NCBI RefSeq assembly: GCF_023169545.1
Contig: NZ_AP019769.1
Span: forward strand, 300,001 to 332,000
Length of the DNA stretch: 32,000 nt
Direction of reading: 5' to 3'
Origin: Nanobdella aerobiophila
Lineage (GTDB): Archaea; Nanobdellota; Nanobdellia; Nanobdellales; Nanobdellaceae
Both the position numbers and the translations under genes were made by a program. Positions within the stretch are counted from its first letter, which is position 1. Each line of letters opens with the position of its first letter. The notes beneath the pieces are model-generated. The model did no database searches, was not told where the DNA came from, and saw only the letters and a list, made by a program, of their open reading frames with translations. Positions 8,568 through 18,893 of this stretch are shown here, piece after piece.

Positions 8568-9587
8568 ATGAAGAGCTTGGAAGGTGGCGGAGCAGTTGGT
8601 ATAATACTAAAAGAAGATAAGATTCTTCTAGATCTGAGAAAAAGAAGCAATGGAGCAAACTTATGGGAGATAGCTGGTGGTGGTATAGAGAAAGATGAAA
8701 CTCCTGAAGAAGCAGTAATTAGGGAATTAAAAGAAGAATTAGATATAAATGTAAATAAAATTAGATATTTAGGTGCAAAGAATCATGCAGTCCATTGGGG
8801 TAATTTAGAAATAGAACATTATTTCCTGATTGAAGAATACAATGGTAACCCAATCCCTAAATCAAAGGATGAATTAATAGAAGTTAGGTGGTTTAGAATT
8901 AATGATTTACCATTTATAATAAATCTCGGTTGGAGGGTATTTGATGCAATGTTTTTTCTTTCTAAAATTAATAGAAATTACAAAAGAATTTATAATATCT
9001 TATCTAATAATGACCCCAGGCCATTAATAAGTTACCCTTACTTTTCTTATTCTGGCACCATCTATAATCTTTCAGATATTAATATAGAAGATCATATTAA
9101 AGGAACAATAGAAGGCTGTAAAGGTCCAGTTTTATGTATATATCCTAGATATGATAAAATTATTTCTAACTTATTAGATAAATTTGGAACTATCGATGTA
9201 TTAGAACTTAATCCAGATTATATATTTTTTCTTAAAAATAGATATGGGAATAAAATTGAGTTTATAGATGGTCTAGCAGAGAAATTTAAATCCAATAAGA
9301 AATATGGTCTAATTTTAGCTATTAATATTTTAGAATATATAAAAGACATATATTCATTTCTAAGTAATGTTAGAAGTTCAATTGAAAAAGAAGGATATTT
9401 TATCCTAACGATTAATAGTTTTAATTTAAATTTTAGAAAACTATTCAATAATAAAAAAATAGAGATAGATTTTCTAATAATGGCTCTAGAGAATTTAGGT
9501 TTTAAAAATAAGATAATTCCTATAAAATTGGGGAAGAAGCACTATATTTATCTAGTAATAGCAAGATTAGAAGATAATATGACTTAA
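8568..9587 (+). CDS. NUDIX hydrolase fused to a class I methyltransferase-like domain
   Basis: Nudix box GGGIEKDETPEEAVIRELKEELDI; C-terminal half IDVLELNPDYIFFLK...YGLILAINILEYIKDIYSFLSNVRSSIEKEGYFILTI resembles methyltransferase motifs. Track start is 8547. Confidence 0.8.
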   Translation: MKSLEGGGAVGIILKEDKILLDLRKRSNGANLWEIAGGGIEKDETPEEAVIRELKEELDINVNKIRYLGAKNHAVHWGNLEIEHYFLIEEYNGNPIPKSKDELIEVRWFRINDLPFIINLGWRVFDAMFFLSKINRNYKRIYNILSNNDPRPLISYPYFSYSGTIYNLSDINIEDHIKGTIEGCKGPVLCIYPRYDKIISNLLDKFGTIDVLELNPDYIFFLKNRYGNKIEFIDGLAEKFKSNKKYGLILAINILEYIKDIYSFLSNVRSSIEKEGYFILTINSFNLNFRKLFNNKKIEIDFLIMALENLGFKNKIIPIKLGKKHYIYLVIARLEDNMT

Positions 9588-9712
9588 AAATTCTATTTTA
9601 AAGTAGATAATCAATTTAAAAAGATTTAACTTATAGATATCTTAATAATTATATGTTTATCAAAACTTATCAATTTTTTATATATTGTTAAAATTATGGA
9701 AAATTTATTTAT

Positions 9713-10138
9713 TTGATTAATTTTTATTTTTCTATTTATTATATCATAGCTACAAGGATTGTAACAATATCTAGTAAAATAAATTTTAATAATTCAACAA
9801 ATAATTTAAATATAAATAATGGTATTTATTTACCTGCTTTTTGTAAAGATATAAATCAATTTTCAGAAATATGTTTGGTAGAATATATAAGGGGAGTTGA
9901 TATTATAGTAATTAGACTACAAACAGGATCTAAATATTTAAATTTAACTTTAGAATCTCTTTTATATGAACCTGTTAGATCCACAGCTATAGGGCTTCTT
10001 ATTGCCGATACTAATTTAGAAAAAAGAGAAAGGATATATACTACATCCTTGAAATTTATAAAATTAGAATATCCAATTATATATGAGTTTTATAAATTAA
10101 ATAATAATAAAAAATCTAGTTCTATAATATCAAATTAA
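9713..10138 (+). CDS. Hypothetical protein
   Basis: 141-aa ORF; start codon uncertain. Confidence 0.5.
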   Translation: MINFYFSIYYIIATRIVTISSKINFNNSTNNLNINNGIYLPAFCKDINQFSEICLVEYIRGVDIIVIRLQTGSKYLNLTLESLLYEPVRSTAIGLLIADTNLEKRERIYTTSLKFIKLEYPIIYEFYKLNNNKKSSSIISN

Positions 10139-10162
10139 CTATTTGGAATATTATTAGCATCT

Positions 10163-10567
10163 ATGGTATATGATGTTTCTTTCATAGCTTTTGGGCATTT
10201 AGTTGATGATCATGTTGGATCTGGAATTGCTTATATTATATCAAAAAATAATTTATCAAAAGAAAAATATATAAAATATATAATAAATACTGGTAATTTT
10301 AATATTTCAAGAGACGAGTATTCAAATATTAAGTCTTTAGTAAAAGGTTATGGGGATATTGTAAATATATTAGTTAATTCTATGTATAATACTACATTAA
10401 AAGGATTAATAGATATAATTTACGATATAGAAGAAAAAACTAAGAAAAGATATATAGACAAACCTATAAAAAAAGTATTATACGAGTCAACAAGTTTAGC
10501 TCCAATTTTATTATTATATTCTATGTTATTAAATGATGAAAATAATAATAAATATCCAAATAATTAA
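10163..10567 (+). CDS. Hypothetical protein
   Basis: 134-aa ORF; same-frame upstream residues LFGILLAS suggest a slightly earlier start. Confidence 0.5.
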   Translation: MVYDVSFIAFGHLVDDHVGSGIAYIISKNNLSKEKYIKYIINTGNFNISRDEYSNIKSLVKGYGDIVNILVNSMYNTTLKGLIDIIYDIEEKTKKRYIDKPIKKVLYESTSLAPILLLYSMLLNDENNNKYPNN

Positions 10568-10570
10568 TAA

Positions 10571-10638
10571 GCCTTGGAGGAGATTTGAACCCTGGTAAAG
10601 ATGGTCTACAGCCTCCTGGATTACCTGGGTACTATAGC
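10571..10638 (-). tRNA. tRNA-like sequence with Tyr (GTA) type anticodon loop; atypical or decayed
   Basis: Reverse strand GCTATAGTACCCAGGTAATCCAGGAGGCTGTAGACCATCTTTACCAGGGTTCAAATCTCCTCCAAGGC: T-loop GTTCAAATC and anticodon loop CTGTAGA are clear, but acceptor, anticodon and T stems contain mismatches and the D stem does not form. Confidence 0.45.
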
Positions 10639-10680
10639 ATATAATATTTTACTATCTTAACTTTTATATTAGATCCATAT

Positions 10681-12993
10681 TTATCTTTTAAACCAATAGA
10701 ATATTAATATACCGGCAACAAATATTATAAAGAATATGAAATAGTATGTATTGTTATTTATTTCTATATCTTGATTAAATTGAATAGTTATATTTTGAGA
10801 GCCATTAACAAAAACACTTTCTCCATCTTCATAATAAATTGTATTTGTAAACAATCTTAGATATTTATATTCTGTAGGATCTATCTTAAATGAATCTCCA
10901 TAATTTAAATAAAATGATGTATTTCCTACTGTAGTTGTTGTTCCATTAGAAAATGTAATATTTATAAGAAAGGGTGTATTTATATTTATTAAATCTTGTA
11001 TACTACAATAATTTGATAGATTTAGATTTTCTGGATTGTTTATATTTATATCTATATTGTTATTTTGGCAATAATATCTTTCATTATTTGATATCTGATT
11101 AATGTTATTAAAATAAATATTTATTGTAGATCCATTGTTAAACCATAGAGATGCGTTTTCATCATAATAATTATTATTTATATAATATGAGAAAGGTGAA
11201 TAAATATTTATTAAATATTGGAAATTACAATAATCTAGTAGATATATACTAGTTGGAGAATCTATATAAAATTGTAAAGTATTATTTTGACAGTAGTATC
11301 TTTCATTATTAGATATTTGATTTATATTATTTAGGTAAATGTTTAAAATAGTACCATTGTTTTCCCATATAGATATATTCCTACTATAGTAATTTCCATC
11401 TAAGTAAAATTGAAATGGAGAATAAATATTAACTAAATCCTGTAAAATATAGTTAGGTATTATATAATAATTTTGATTCATAGTAAATGACAAATAATTA
11501 CTATTATAATTTTGACCATTTGCATTTATACCATCTAAGAACATTCTATAATAAGGGGATATATAATAACTATTTGGGAAATCTAAATTAACAGTTTGTC
11601 CGTAGGGGTAATAATTCACATATGAACTACCATTATTTGGATAATATATAAATAATTCATAATAATTTCCCGGAGTTAATTGTCCTATATCTTGGCTACC
11701 GGTACTTAATTCTACAGATCCATAATTTAATGAATTTACATTTACATTAGAAACTGATTCTGCGGTAGATATACCATAATTAAAAAAATTTTCTACTGGA
11801 GATAAATATTCTTGTCCATTATAATCATATAGAAAGTATAAAGACAAATAAGCGTTTATATTATTTATATATGTACAATAACTATTATATGGACCACTAA
11901 CAACCAATTCAGCATCTGTTGAGGCCCCTTCGGGTGTTTGATATGGCTCTACAACAATACTATAATTTATAGAAGGTACATATATGGTTACATTATCATA
12001 CCAAATTATATTTTGTCCATCAAAACTATAACCAAATTGTATTTCTGGATAAGAATTGTTTTGGGTAATGTTTATGATTAAAAATGCATTTAATGGGTAC
12101 GATAAATTATAACCATATGTACTATAAACATAATAAGATCCATTATTTAAATTACTAAAATATACTGCACCAGAACCATAGATACTATTATTATTTAATA
12201 AACTTGGAGAAGAGGTTCCATTCCATACATTATCTTCAAAATAATAATATCCTCCTGTATTGTTTATTTGTAGTACATTTTGCAACCAATAATATTGAAG
12301 ACCATTATATGTATTATCTACTAACATAACATTGAGTTGTATAGATTCTGAATCATCATTACTAGCATACGGTCCGATATCACATTCTTGATCTACAGAA
12401 CCTGAAATATTATTTATATATATTTGACCAATAAATTCGTTAGTTGTATATGTATAACCTTCAAGATTATTAGAATTAATACCTAAATCTGCAATTCCAA
12501 TTGGTCTATAAGGATTTATGGGATTTTGTGTAAGAGAATATAAAAATTGAACAAAAGAATTACTATATCCATTATTATCTATTACAATATAATAATTTCC
12601 TTGATTGAGATATAATTGAGTATCTAGATTATTTGTATCATAATAGTATATATAACTAAAATTATAACCATACTCAAAATCATAATAATTGGAATCTGTC
12701 ATTACATAAAATTGTATTGGATTATTTGAAATTAGATTTAGATCCAAATATTCTGGAGAATTAATTGATATATTATAATATTCATAGTAATTCGATAATA
12801 ATTCAAAAATATTGTTATAAGAACTACCATATGGATTTTCCAAAGAAAAAATTGTTGTATTTTGTGGTAAATTGTATTGTTGGAAATAATTACTCGGAGC
12901 ATTTTGTATATTATATCCAAATAATTGTTGAGGAAATATTTTATATAAAAAAATTAGCATTATTATCACACTAACCGTTCTTAAATATTTCAT
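10681..12993 (-). CDS. Large secreted, membrane-anchored Asn/Tyr/Ser-rich surface protein with tandem repeats
   Basis: N-terminal hydrophobic segment SVIIMLIFLYKIFPQQLFG, C-terminal TM YFIFFIIFVAGILIFYWFKR, many N-x-S/T sequons, three related domains near the C-terminus. Confidence 0.85.
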   Translation of the reverse strand: MKYLRTVSVIIMLIFLYKIFPQQLFGYNIQNAPSNYFQQYNLPQNTTIFSLENPYGSSYNNIFELLSNYYEYYNISINSPEYLDLNLISNNPIQFYVMTDSNYYDFEYGYNFSYIYYYDTNNLDTQLYLNQGNYYIVIDNNGYSNSFVQFLYSLTQNPINPYRPIGIADLGINSNNLEGYTYTTNEFIGQIYINNISGSVDQECDIGPYASNDDSESIQLNVMLVDNTYNGLQYYWLQNVLQINNTGGYYYFEDNVWNGTSSPSLLNNNSIYGSGAVYFSNLNNGSYYVYSTYGYNLSYPLNAFLIINITQNNSYPEIQFGYSFDGQNIIWYDNVTIYVPSINYSIVVEPYQTPEGASTDAELVVSGPYNSYCTYINNINAYLSLYFLYDYNGQEYLSPVENFFNYGISTAESVSNVNVNSLNYGSVELSTGSQDIGQLTPGNYYELFIYYPNNGSSYVNYYPYGQTVNLDFPNSYYISPYYRMFLDGINANGQNYNSNYLSFTMNQNYYIIPNYILQDLVNIYSPFQFYLDGNYYSRNISIWENNGTILNIYLNNINQISNNERYYCQNNTLQFYIDSPTSIYLLDYCNFQYLINIYSPFSYYINNNYYDENASLWFNNGSTINIYFNNINQISNNERYYCQNNNIDININNPENLNLSNYCSIQDLININTPFLINITFSNGTTTTVGNTSFYLNYGDSFKIDPTEYKYLRLFTNTIYYEDGESVFVNGSQNITIQFNQDIEINNNTYYFIFFIIFVAGILIFYWFKR

Positions 12994-13028
12994 TAAACTT
13001 TTCTTATAAAAAATTTTATAAATATTCC

Positions 13029-13349
13029 CTATTTACTATCTCTTAAATATCTATAAACTAATTTTCCTAAATTAGTCAATCTATAATATGTATGATGCAT
13101 TCTAACCTGAAATTGTTTCTTTAATCTAGCTGTAGTTCTTTTCACAGTCTTTAGATGAACTTCTTCAACAATTTTTAAATCTAGTAATTCTAGAATTATT
13201 TTTTGTATTTTATCTATATCTATTTTTGTATATTTATTTATATTTTTTATATAGTCAACATTAGCAATTTTTAAATGTTCCATAATTTTTAAATAATCAG
13301 GATCTGTAGATAATAATTTAGCTAATAATTTTATTTCCTCGTCCTTCAT
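13029..13349 (-). CDS. Small winged-helix DNA-binding protein
   Basis: 106 aa; KIMEHLKIANVDYIKNINKYTKIDIDKIQKIILELLDLKIVEEV...YYRLTNLGKLVYRYL is wHTH-like. Confidence 0.6.
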   Translation of the reverse strand: MKDEEIKLLAKLLSTDPDYLKIMEHLKIANVDYIKNINKYTKIDIDKIQKIILELLDLKIVEEVHLKTVKRTTARLKKQFQVRMHHTYYRLTNLGKLVYRYLRDSK

Positions 13350-13416
13350 TTTTTATCTATTTATGAAAATAAATTTTAATATTTTATTACTACTAAAAAG
13401 TAATGTTTTTTAATTT

Positions 13417-14493
13417 TTGTATAAATATCTATTAATGAGTAAAGATTTTACATTAGATGATTTCTATAACCTACCATTGGAAGATCGGCTGAATATAATA
13501 TTAAAATCTATAGACAATGTACTTATGACATTGTCATTTATATTATATGATCCTAATATCAAAGATAAAATAGTTTATGAACAGATAAGGGAGAAATTAG
13601 ATAAATATTATACTGGAAAATTAGCTAGACTTAAACCCTCTACTAATAATCCATACAGAGAATATTTTAAAAGATTTGAAAATATGCATCTATTAGAAAA
13701 AGAACATAAAGAATATTATATAACTACTTTCGGAACTAATATTAAAGAATTTCTTAAATATTCTATAAAAAAATATGTAGAGCTAGATATAGATTCTAGA
13801 TCTATTTTTAAAGATAGAAAATATTTAGATGGGTTTATAAAGGCTACTGAAAAATTTTATATTTTAAAATATATAGGAGAAAATCCACAAGTAGATAGAT
13901 ATCAAATTATGAAAGAATTTAAATTAAATGAGGATTCTGTATATCAGGTAATTGAATGGTTAAAATATACTGGCCTAATAAATAAATCAAATTATAAAAT
14001 TGCAATCTTAAAAATAGATCATCAAGCAATAGAAAATATGAGTAATATACTTGAATGTAGGGATAAATTTAAAGAATATTTACATAATAAAGATCTTGCT
14101 AGATCTATAAATTTTTATTTATCTAAAAGAAAGTCTATAAAGTCATTCTTAGAAGATTTAGACAGATATGATATGATTAGATTAAAGGAATTATGGGAAA
14201 AGATGAAAGAACACAAGATTAAGATGAGTTATTATAAAGATATAAAATTATTATTAGAGGTTTCGAATATAATAAAATTAGAATGTTTTAAAGGACCTCT
14301 TTATATTAAGACGACAGAGAAATTTAAAAGATTATATGAGAACATAATAATACCAATAGATCGGTTAATAAACAATAAAGATGAATTATACAAATATTAT
14401 AATTTTAGTTTATCTGATGAAGATATAAAAAAAGCAATTAAGTTATATTATAGTAAATCTATTAGAAAGATGAAGCAAAAAAGTATATACTAA
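13417..14493 (+). CDS. Protein with predicted winged-helix segments
   Basis: EQIREKLDKYYTGKLARLKP...YREYFKRFENMHLLEKEHKEYYITTFG and DRYQIMKEFKLNEDSVYQVIEWLKYTGLINKSN look like helix-turn-helix blocks. Start may be the ATG for MSKDFTL. Confidence 0.6.
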   Translation: MYKYLLMSKDFTLDDFYNLPLEDRLNIILKSIDNVLMTLSFILYDPNIKDKIVYEQIREKLDKYYTGKLARLKPSTNNPYREYFKRFENMHLLEKEHKEYYITTFGTNIKEFLKYSIKKYVELDIDSRSIFKDRKYLDGFIKATEKFYILKYIGENPQVDRYQIMKEFKLNEDSVYQVIEWLKYTGLINKSNYKIAILKIDHQAIENMSNILECRDKFKEYLHNKDLARSINFYLSKRKSIKSFLEDLDRYDMIRLKELWEKMKEHKIKMSYYKDIKLLLEVSNIIKLECFKGPLYIKTTEKFKRLYENIIIPIDRLINNKDELYKYYNFSLSDEDIKKAIKLYYSKSIRKMKQKSIY

Positions 14494-14624
14494 TTATTAA
14501 TCCTTAATCTGTAATATAGAAGAAAGATTATTAAACTATTTTGTCAGGTAATATATAAAGATGAAAATCGATATTTATATATTATAATAAAAAATAATAA
14601 TATTTTTTGTTATATAGAATTATG

Positions 14625-15242
14625 AATCCTAAAAATGATCCAGATAAAAAAAATTTTTATACATATAATATAATAGAAAAAGCTTATATAAGAAAAGCCA
14701 GGGCAATAGATCTCTTTTTATTTTATGAGTATATAGAAAAGATATTAAATGAATTTCCAAAGATAAATAATGAATATATCAATATAATTAGATCATTTTT
14801 AGAAAATATATATTATTTAATATCAAATCCAGAGGAAAATATAAAATATTTAAAGTATGTAGTGCATTTAGAGTTAGAAGCCGAGAGGTTAGAAAAAGAA
14901 GGACTCAAGAGGTTAAATTATTTTATTGATTTTTCTTCAGTAGATGATAATATTATAAAGCTATTAAATGGGGTAAGAATAGATATAAGAATACTAGAAC
15001 TATTGTTTTGGAATGCTGTTAAAAATAATATGATAAAGGATAATCCAAATTATTTAGTAATAGCGCATTTTTTAAATATGGCATCAAAGTATATATTTTA
15101 TTATATCGTAAATAATTATTATGAAAAATTAAAACCATTAGAAAGAATTAATACTGATATAAATCTGAACAAAGAAGAAGAAGATAAGTATAAAAAATAT
15201 TTAGAAGCTTATAAAGATAAGAGTTTAAAAGATTATTTATAA
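14625..15242 (+). CDS. Hypothetical helical protein
   Basis: ATG start MNPKNDPDKKNF...; track start 14607. Confidence 0.6.
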   Translation, partial: NPKNDPDKKNFYTYNIIEKAYIRKARAIDLFLFYEYIEKILNEFPKINNEYINIIRSFLENIYYLISNPEENIKYLKYVVHLELEAERLEKEGLKRLNYFIDFSSVDDNIIKLLNGVRIDIRILELLFWNAVKNNMIKDNPNYLVIAHFLNMASKYIFYYIVNNYYEKLKPLERINTDINLNKEEEDKYKKYLEAYKDKSLKDYL

Positions 15243-15319
15243 TAGCGAATATATAAATTTATTTATAGATTATGAGGGGAGGTCAATTTTTATAAAAAAT
15301 TTTTAATACATTAAAAATT

Positions 15320-16609
15320 ATGAGATTTAGTTTAATAAATTTAGGTTGTACAATGAATAAAGCTGAAGGAGAGATTATGAAAAATATATTAATTAAGGAG
15401 GGTTATGAGTATACAGAAAATCCAGATAGTGCAGAAGTTTTATTATTAAATACATGTACAGTAAAAAGTCCTACAGAAAATCATGTTTTAAGACTAATAA
15501 ATAAATATAAAGATAAAAAATTATTATTAGCAGGTTGTTTAGTCCAACATCAACCAGAATTATTTAAAGAATATCCATTAATTGGTTTAGATCATATAGA
15601 AGAAGTAGATAAAGTGTTACAAGATTACTTAAATAATAAAATAGACCAATTATTGGATAGAAAAAATAATAAAAAAATATTAATATCAACTGATAATTAT
15701 CCTATAAGAACAATAATTTTACAAGAAGGATGTTTATGGAATTGTTTATACTGTGCAACAAAATTAGCTAGAGGAAATGCAAGATCATATCCTCCAGAAT
15801 ATATTTATAATGAATTAAGAGAGGCAAAATTAAAAGGACTAAAAATAATATATTTTACAGGTACAGATCTAGCAACATATGGTCATGATTTAAATATTGA
15901 TTTAGCAGATTTATTATTAAATATAGATATTAAGGGTAACTTTTTTATAAGAGTAGGTATGGCAAATCCAGGAATCTTAAATAAGTTCTTTGATAAATTA
16001 TTAAAAGCATATGAGAATGAAAGTATATTCAAATTTTTTCATTTACCGGTCCAATCAGGATCTGATAGAGTATTAAGGACTATGGGTAGAGGATATAATA
16101 TAAAACAATATCATGAATTAATAAATAAAATAAGAAAGAAATTCTATGAAGCTACTATATCTACGGATATAATTGTAGGATATCCTACAGAAACTGAAGA
16201 AGATTTTAATAAGACATTAGAACTTGTAGAAGATGTAAAATTTGATATAATAAATATATCTAAATTTTGGCCTAGAAATAAAACATTAGCAGGTAAATTA
16301 TATAAAACATTACCAGGTAATATAGTAAAAGATAGATCTAAAAAATTAAAAGAATTATTCAATAAAGTTGCATATGAAAGAAATAAAATATGGTTAAATT
16401 GGGAAGGTTACTGTATTATTGAATCTAAAGGTAAAAATGATACATGGATAGGTAGAAATTATGCATATAAACAGATATTAATAAAATCTAATAAAAATTT
16501 ATTAGGAAAAATAGTAAAAGTTAAGATAAATAATATAACATCAATAGATCTAAGAGGAGAATTAATAGATATAAAGGAAGAAAATTTATTAGAGAAAACA
16601 TTATACTAA
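15320..16609 (+). CDS. Radical-SAM methylthiotransferase, MiaB-like (archaeal/CDKAL1-type tRNA t6A methylthiotransferase)
   Basis: N-terminal LGCTMNKAEGE, LLNTCTVKSPTE, radical SAM EGCLWNCLYCATKLARG, HLPVQSGSDRVLRTMGRGY, TDIIVGYPTETEEDF. Confidence 0.9.
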   Translation: MRFSLINLGCTMNKAEGEIMKNILIKEGYEYTENPDSAEVLLLNTCTVKSPTENHVLRLINKYKDKKLLLAGCLVQHQPELFKEYPLIGLDHIEEVDKVLQDYLNNKIDQLLDRKNNKKILISTDNYPIRTIILQEGCLWNCLYCATKLARGNARSYPPEYIYNELREAKLKGLKIIYFTGTDLATYGHDLNIDLADLLLNIDIKGNFFIRVGMANPGILNKFFDKLLKAYENESIFKFFHLPVQSGSDRVLRTMGRGYNIKQYHELINKIRKKFYEATISTDIIVGYPTETEEDFNKTLELVEDVKFDIINISKFWPRNKTLAGKLYKTLPGNIVKDRSKKLKELFNKVAYERNKIWLNWEGYCIIESKGKNDTWIGRNYAYKQILIKSNKNLLGKIVKVKINNITSIDLRGELIDIKEENLLEKTLY

Positions 16610-17145
16610 TGAAAGCTGTTTTGTTTGGTAATATAGCTTCTGGAAAAACAACTACATGTTCTAGATTAGAAGATATGATATTTAAATGTAATGAAGTAGA
16701 ATTAGATGATTTAAGTATATTAGAAAAAGAAAAGGATATATTAAAAAGAGAAAAAATATTTTATTACGAATTTGAGAAAAAAGAAAAGGATTTAAGATAT
16801 ATAAATTCTAGTACAAAATTAATAATAATACCATTTTTAGAACATTTCGGATATTATAAAGAAGCAAGAGAAATAGAAAGTAAAATAAATTATGAGGATT
16901 ATATTATTATATATTTAAAAACAGATCCAATGATTTGTTATTATTTTTATAATAAAAGAGATAGAATTGATAAAAATTTTTGGAAAAAAGAAGATTTTTA
17001 TAATTTACATAAATATATTGATAGATTTTTCGAAAGAAATAAAGATAAATTTAATAATTATATTATTATTGAGAATATAGATCTAGAATCAAGAGTAAAA
17101 ATCATAAAAACATATTTAGAAAATATATTACTTAAAAAATCATAA
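16609..17145 (+). CDS. P-loop nucleotide kinase-like protein
   Basis: AVLFGNIASGKTTTCSRLE Walker A; start overlaps the previous stop (TAATG). Confidence 0.65.
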   Translation: MKAVLFGNIASGKTTTCSRLEDMIFKCNEVELDDLSILEKEKDILKREKIFYYEFEKKEKDLRYINSSTKLIIIPFLEHFGYYKEAREIESKINYEDYIIIYLKTDPMICYYFYNKRDRIDKNFWKKEDFYNLHKYIDRFFERNKDKFNNYIIIENIDLESRVKIIKTYLENILLKKS

Positions 17146-18780
17146 ATTTTTTATATTATTTACTATTTCTTGTGCTGTAAAAGGATCTCCAGTATGTTTT
17201 AATATTTTATCTTCAATATCTATCCCTATTTCTTGTTTTACTAATTTTGCTAATTGTCCAGTTAAGTTATGTTCTATATCTACAATTTTATTTGCTTCTT
17301 CTAGCATATATTTTATTTCTTTTGGAAATGGAGATAGATAAGAAATTTGTAGGAATTTCCATCCTTTCAAATATTTTAAAGATTCTAAAATTGGCATCTT
17401 ATTAGAACCCCAAGATATTATTATTTTATTTCCAGACCCATATATTCTATATGGTTCTAATTCATTTACTTCTTTCTCTATGATTTTCATTTTATTTAAT
17501 CTTTTTTCACTCATTGCTTGCCCAATGTCTGGCTCTTCAGTTTCTATACCAAATTCATCATGTTCGTATGATACTGCTTTAACAATAGAATCAAAACCTG
17601 GTATTGCTCTTAATTGATATCCTTCTTTTGTTATTTTATAATTTTTATATTCCTTTGGTGGGTCTAAATCTATATATCTACTTACTTCTATATTTGGGGA
17701 ATATATTTCTTTAAAATTAGTTTTAGATTCACCCATAAATAGATCAAATAATATCATAGCTGGTACATTATACTTGTATGCTAGATGAAATGCTTCTATA
17801 GTCCTTTCAAATGCTTCTGCAGCATCACCAGGTGATATTACAATTCTTGGAAATTCTCCATGTCCTATATTTAATGCTTCTAATAAATCTGATTGGTCTG
17901 TATGCGTAGCCATACCTGTAGATGGTCCATATCTTTGTCCCCATGCAATTACAATGGGTATTTCTGACATACCAGATAAACTTATAGCTTCGGACATCAA
18001 ATCAATTCCTCCACCTGATGAACCTATCATTACTTTTGCTCCTCCATATGAGGCACCAAGTCCTATATTAATTACCCCTATTTCATTATCTGGTTGATAA
18101 GTAACATAATTATATTTATCTTTCAATGATGCAAGAATAGATAATATAGTTGATGCCGGTGTCATTGGATATGCTATATATAAATCCAGTCCTGCAGCAA
18201 TTGCACCTAAGGCTATGGCTTCAGATCCAGATAAATAAAATTGTTTTTCATAATTATTTTTATCTACTTTTATAGAATTATTATTAAAATCATTATATAT
18301 ATAATCTATTATTTTTAATTCTTCAGGATCTTTGATTTTCTCTTTATAAATTTCTTCTACTATTGATTTATCAATATTTAAATATCTTAAAAAATATGTT
18401 AATATTATTGTATTTTCATATTTTCTATTTATATTATATTTTTTAATATAATAATATGTATCTACATCTATTTTTTTATTATATATTATAGATTTATTCC
18501 CGAATATACTACCAGTTTCTTTTAATTTATCTTTATGTATGTTTATAGTATTCTGATCAAAGGCAATTATATAATCAAAATCATTATTATCATATGTGTA
18601 TATTTTTTCTTTTGATATTGTTACAATATTATAATTATGTCCTCCTCTGATTAAACTCATATACCATCTATAATTAAATACATTATAACCCATTTTAATA
18701 AATATTTTTGATATTATATCTGCAGTAAATTCTATTCCCTGTCCAGCCTGTCCTCCGATTAAAATATTTATATCTGCCAT
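17140..18780 (-). CDS. 2-oxoacid:ferredoxin oxidoreductase, fused gamma-alpha subunit
   Basis: ILIGGQAGQGIEFTADIISKIF (gamma) followed by LSGSEAIALGAIAAGLDLYIAYPMTPASTILSIL (alpha), HTDQSDLLEALNIGHGEFPRIVISPGD. Confidence 0.92.
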   Translation of the reverse strand: MADINILIGGQAGQGIEFTADIISKIFIKMGYNVFNYRWYMSLIRGGHNYNIVTISKEKIYTYDNNDFDYIIAFDQNTINIHKDKLKETGSIFGNKSIIYNKKIDVDTYYYIKKYNINRKYENTIILTYFLRYLNIDKSIVEEIYKEKIKDPEELKIIDYIYNDFNNNSIKVDKNNYEKQFYLSGSEAIALGAIAAGLDLYIAYPMTPASTILSILASLKDKYNYVTYQPDNEIGVINIGLGASYGGAKVMIGSSGGGIDLMSEAISLSGMSEIPIVIAWGQRYGPSTGMATHTDQSDLLEALNIGHGEFPRIVISPGDAAEAFERTIEAFHLAYKYNVPAMILFDLFMGESKTNFKEIYSPNIEVSRYIDLDPPKEYKNYKITKEGYQLRAIPGFDSIVKAVSYEHDEFGIETEEPDIGQAMSEKRLNKMKIIEKEVNELEPYRIYGSGNKIIISWGSNKMPILESLKYLKGWKFLQISYLSPFPKEIKYMLEEANKIVDIEHNLTGQLAKLVKQEIGIDIEDKILKHTGDPFTAQEIVNNIKNL

Positions 18781-18893
18781 AGATAAATATGATCTACTGT
18801 TATTTAAATCTCTTTTTAACTTAAATATTGTGGTAAATTTTATTAAAAGGTATATGTATATTAAATATAAGATTTATTATATCATATTTTTAT

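Noticed and set aside
12738-12974. Two plus-strand ORFs inside the large surface protein gene
   Set aside because: Antisense shadows of a strongly supported coding frame.
16144-16362. Minus-strand ORF of 72 aa
   Set aside because: Antisense to the MiaB-like gene.
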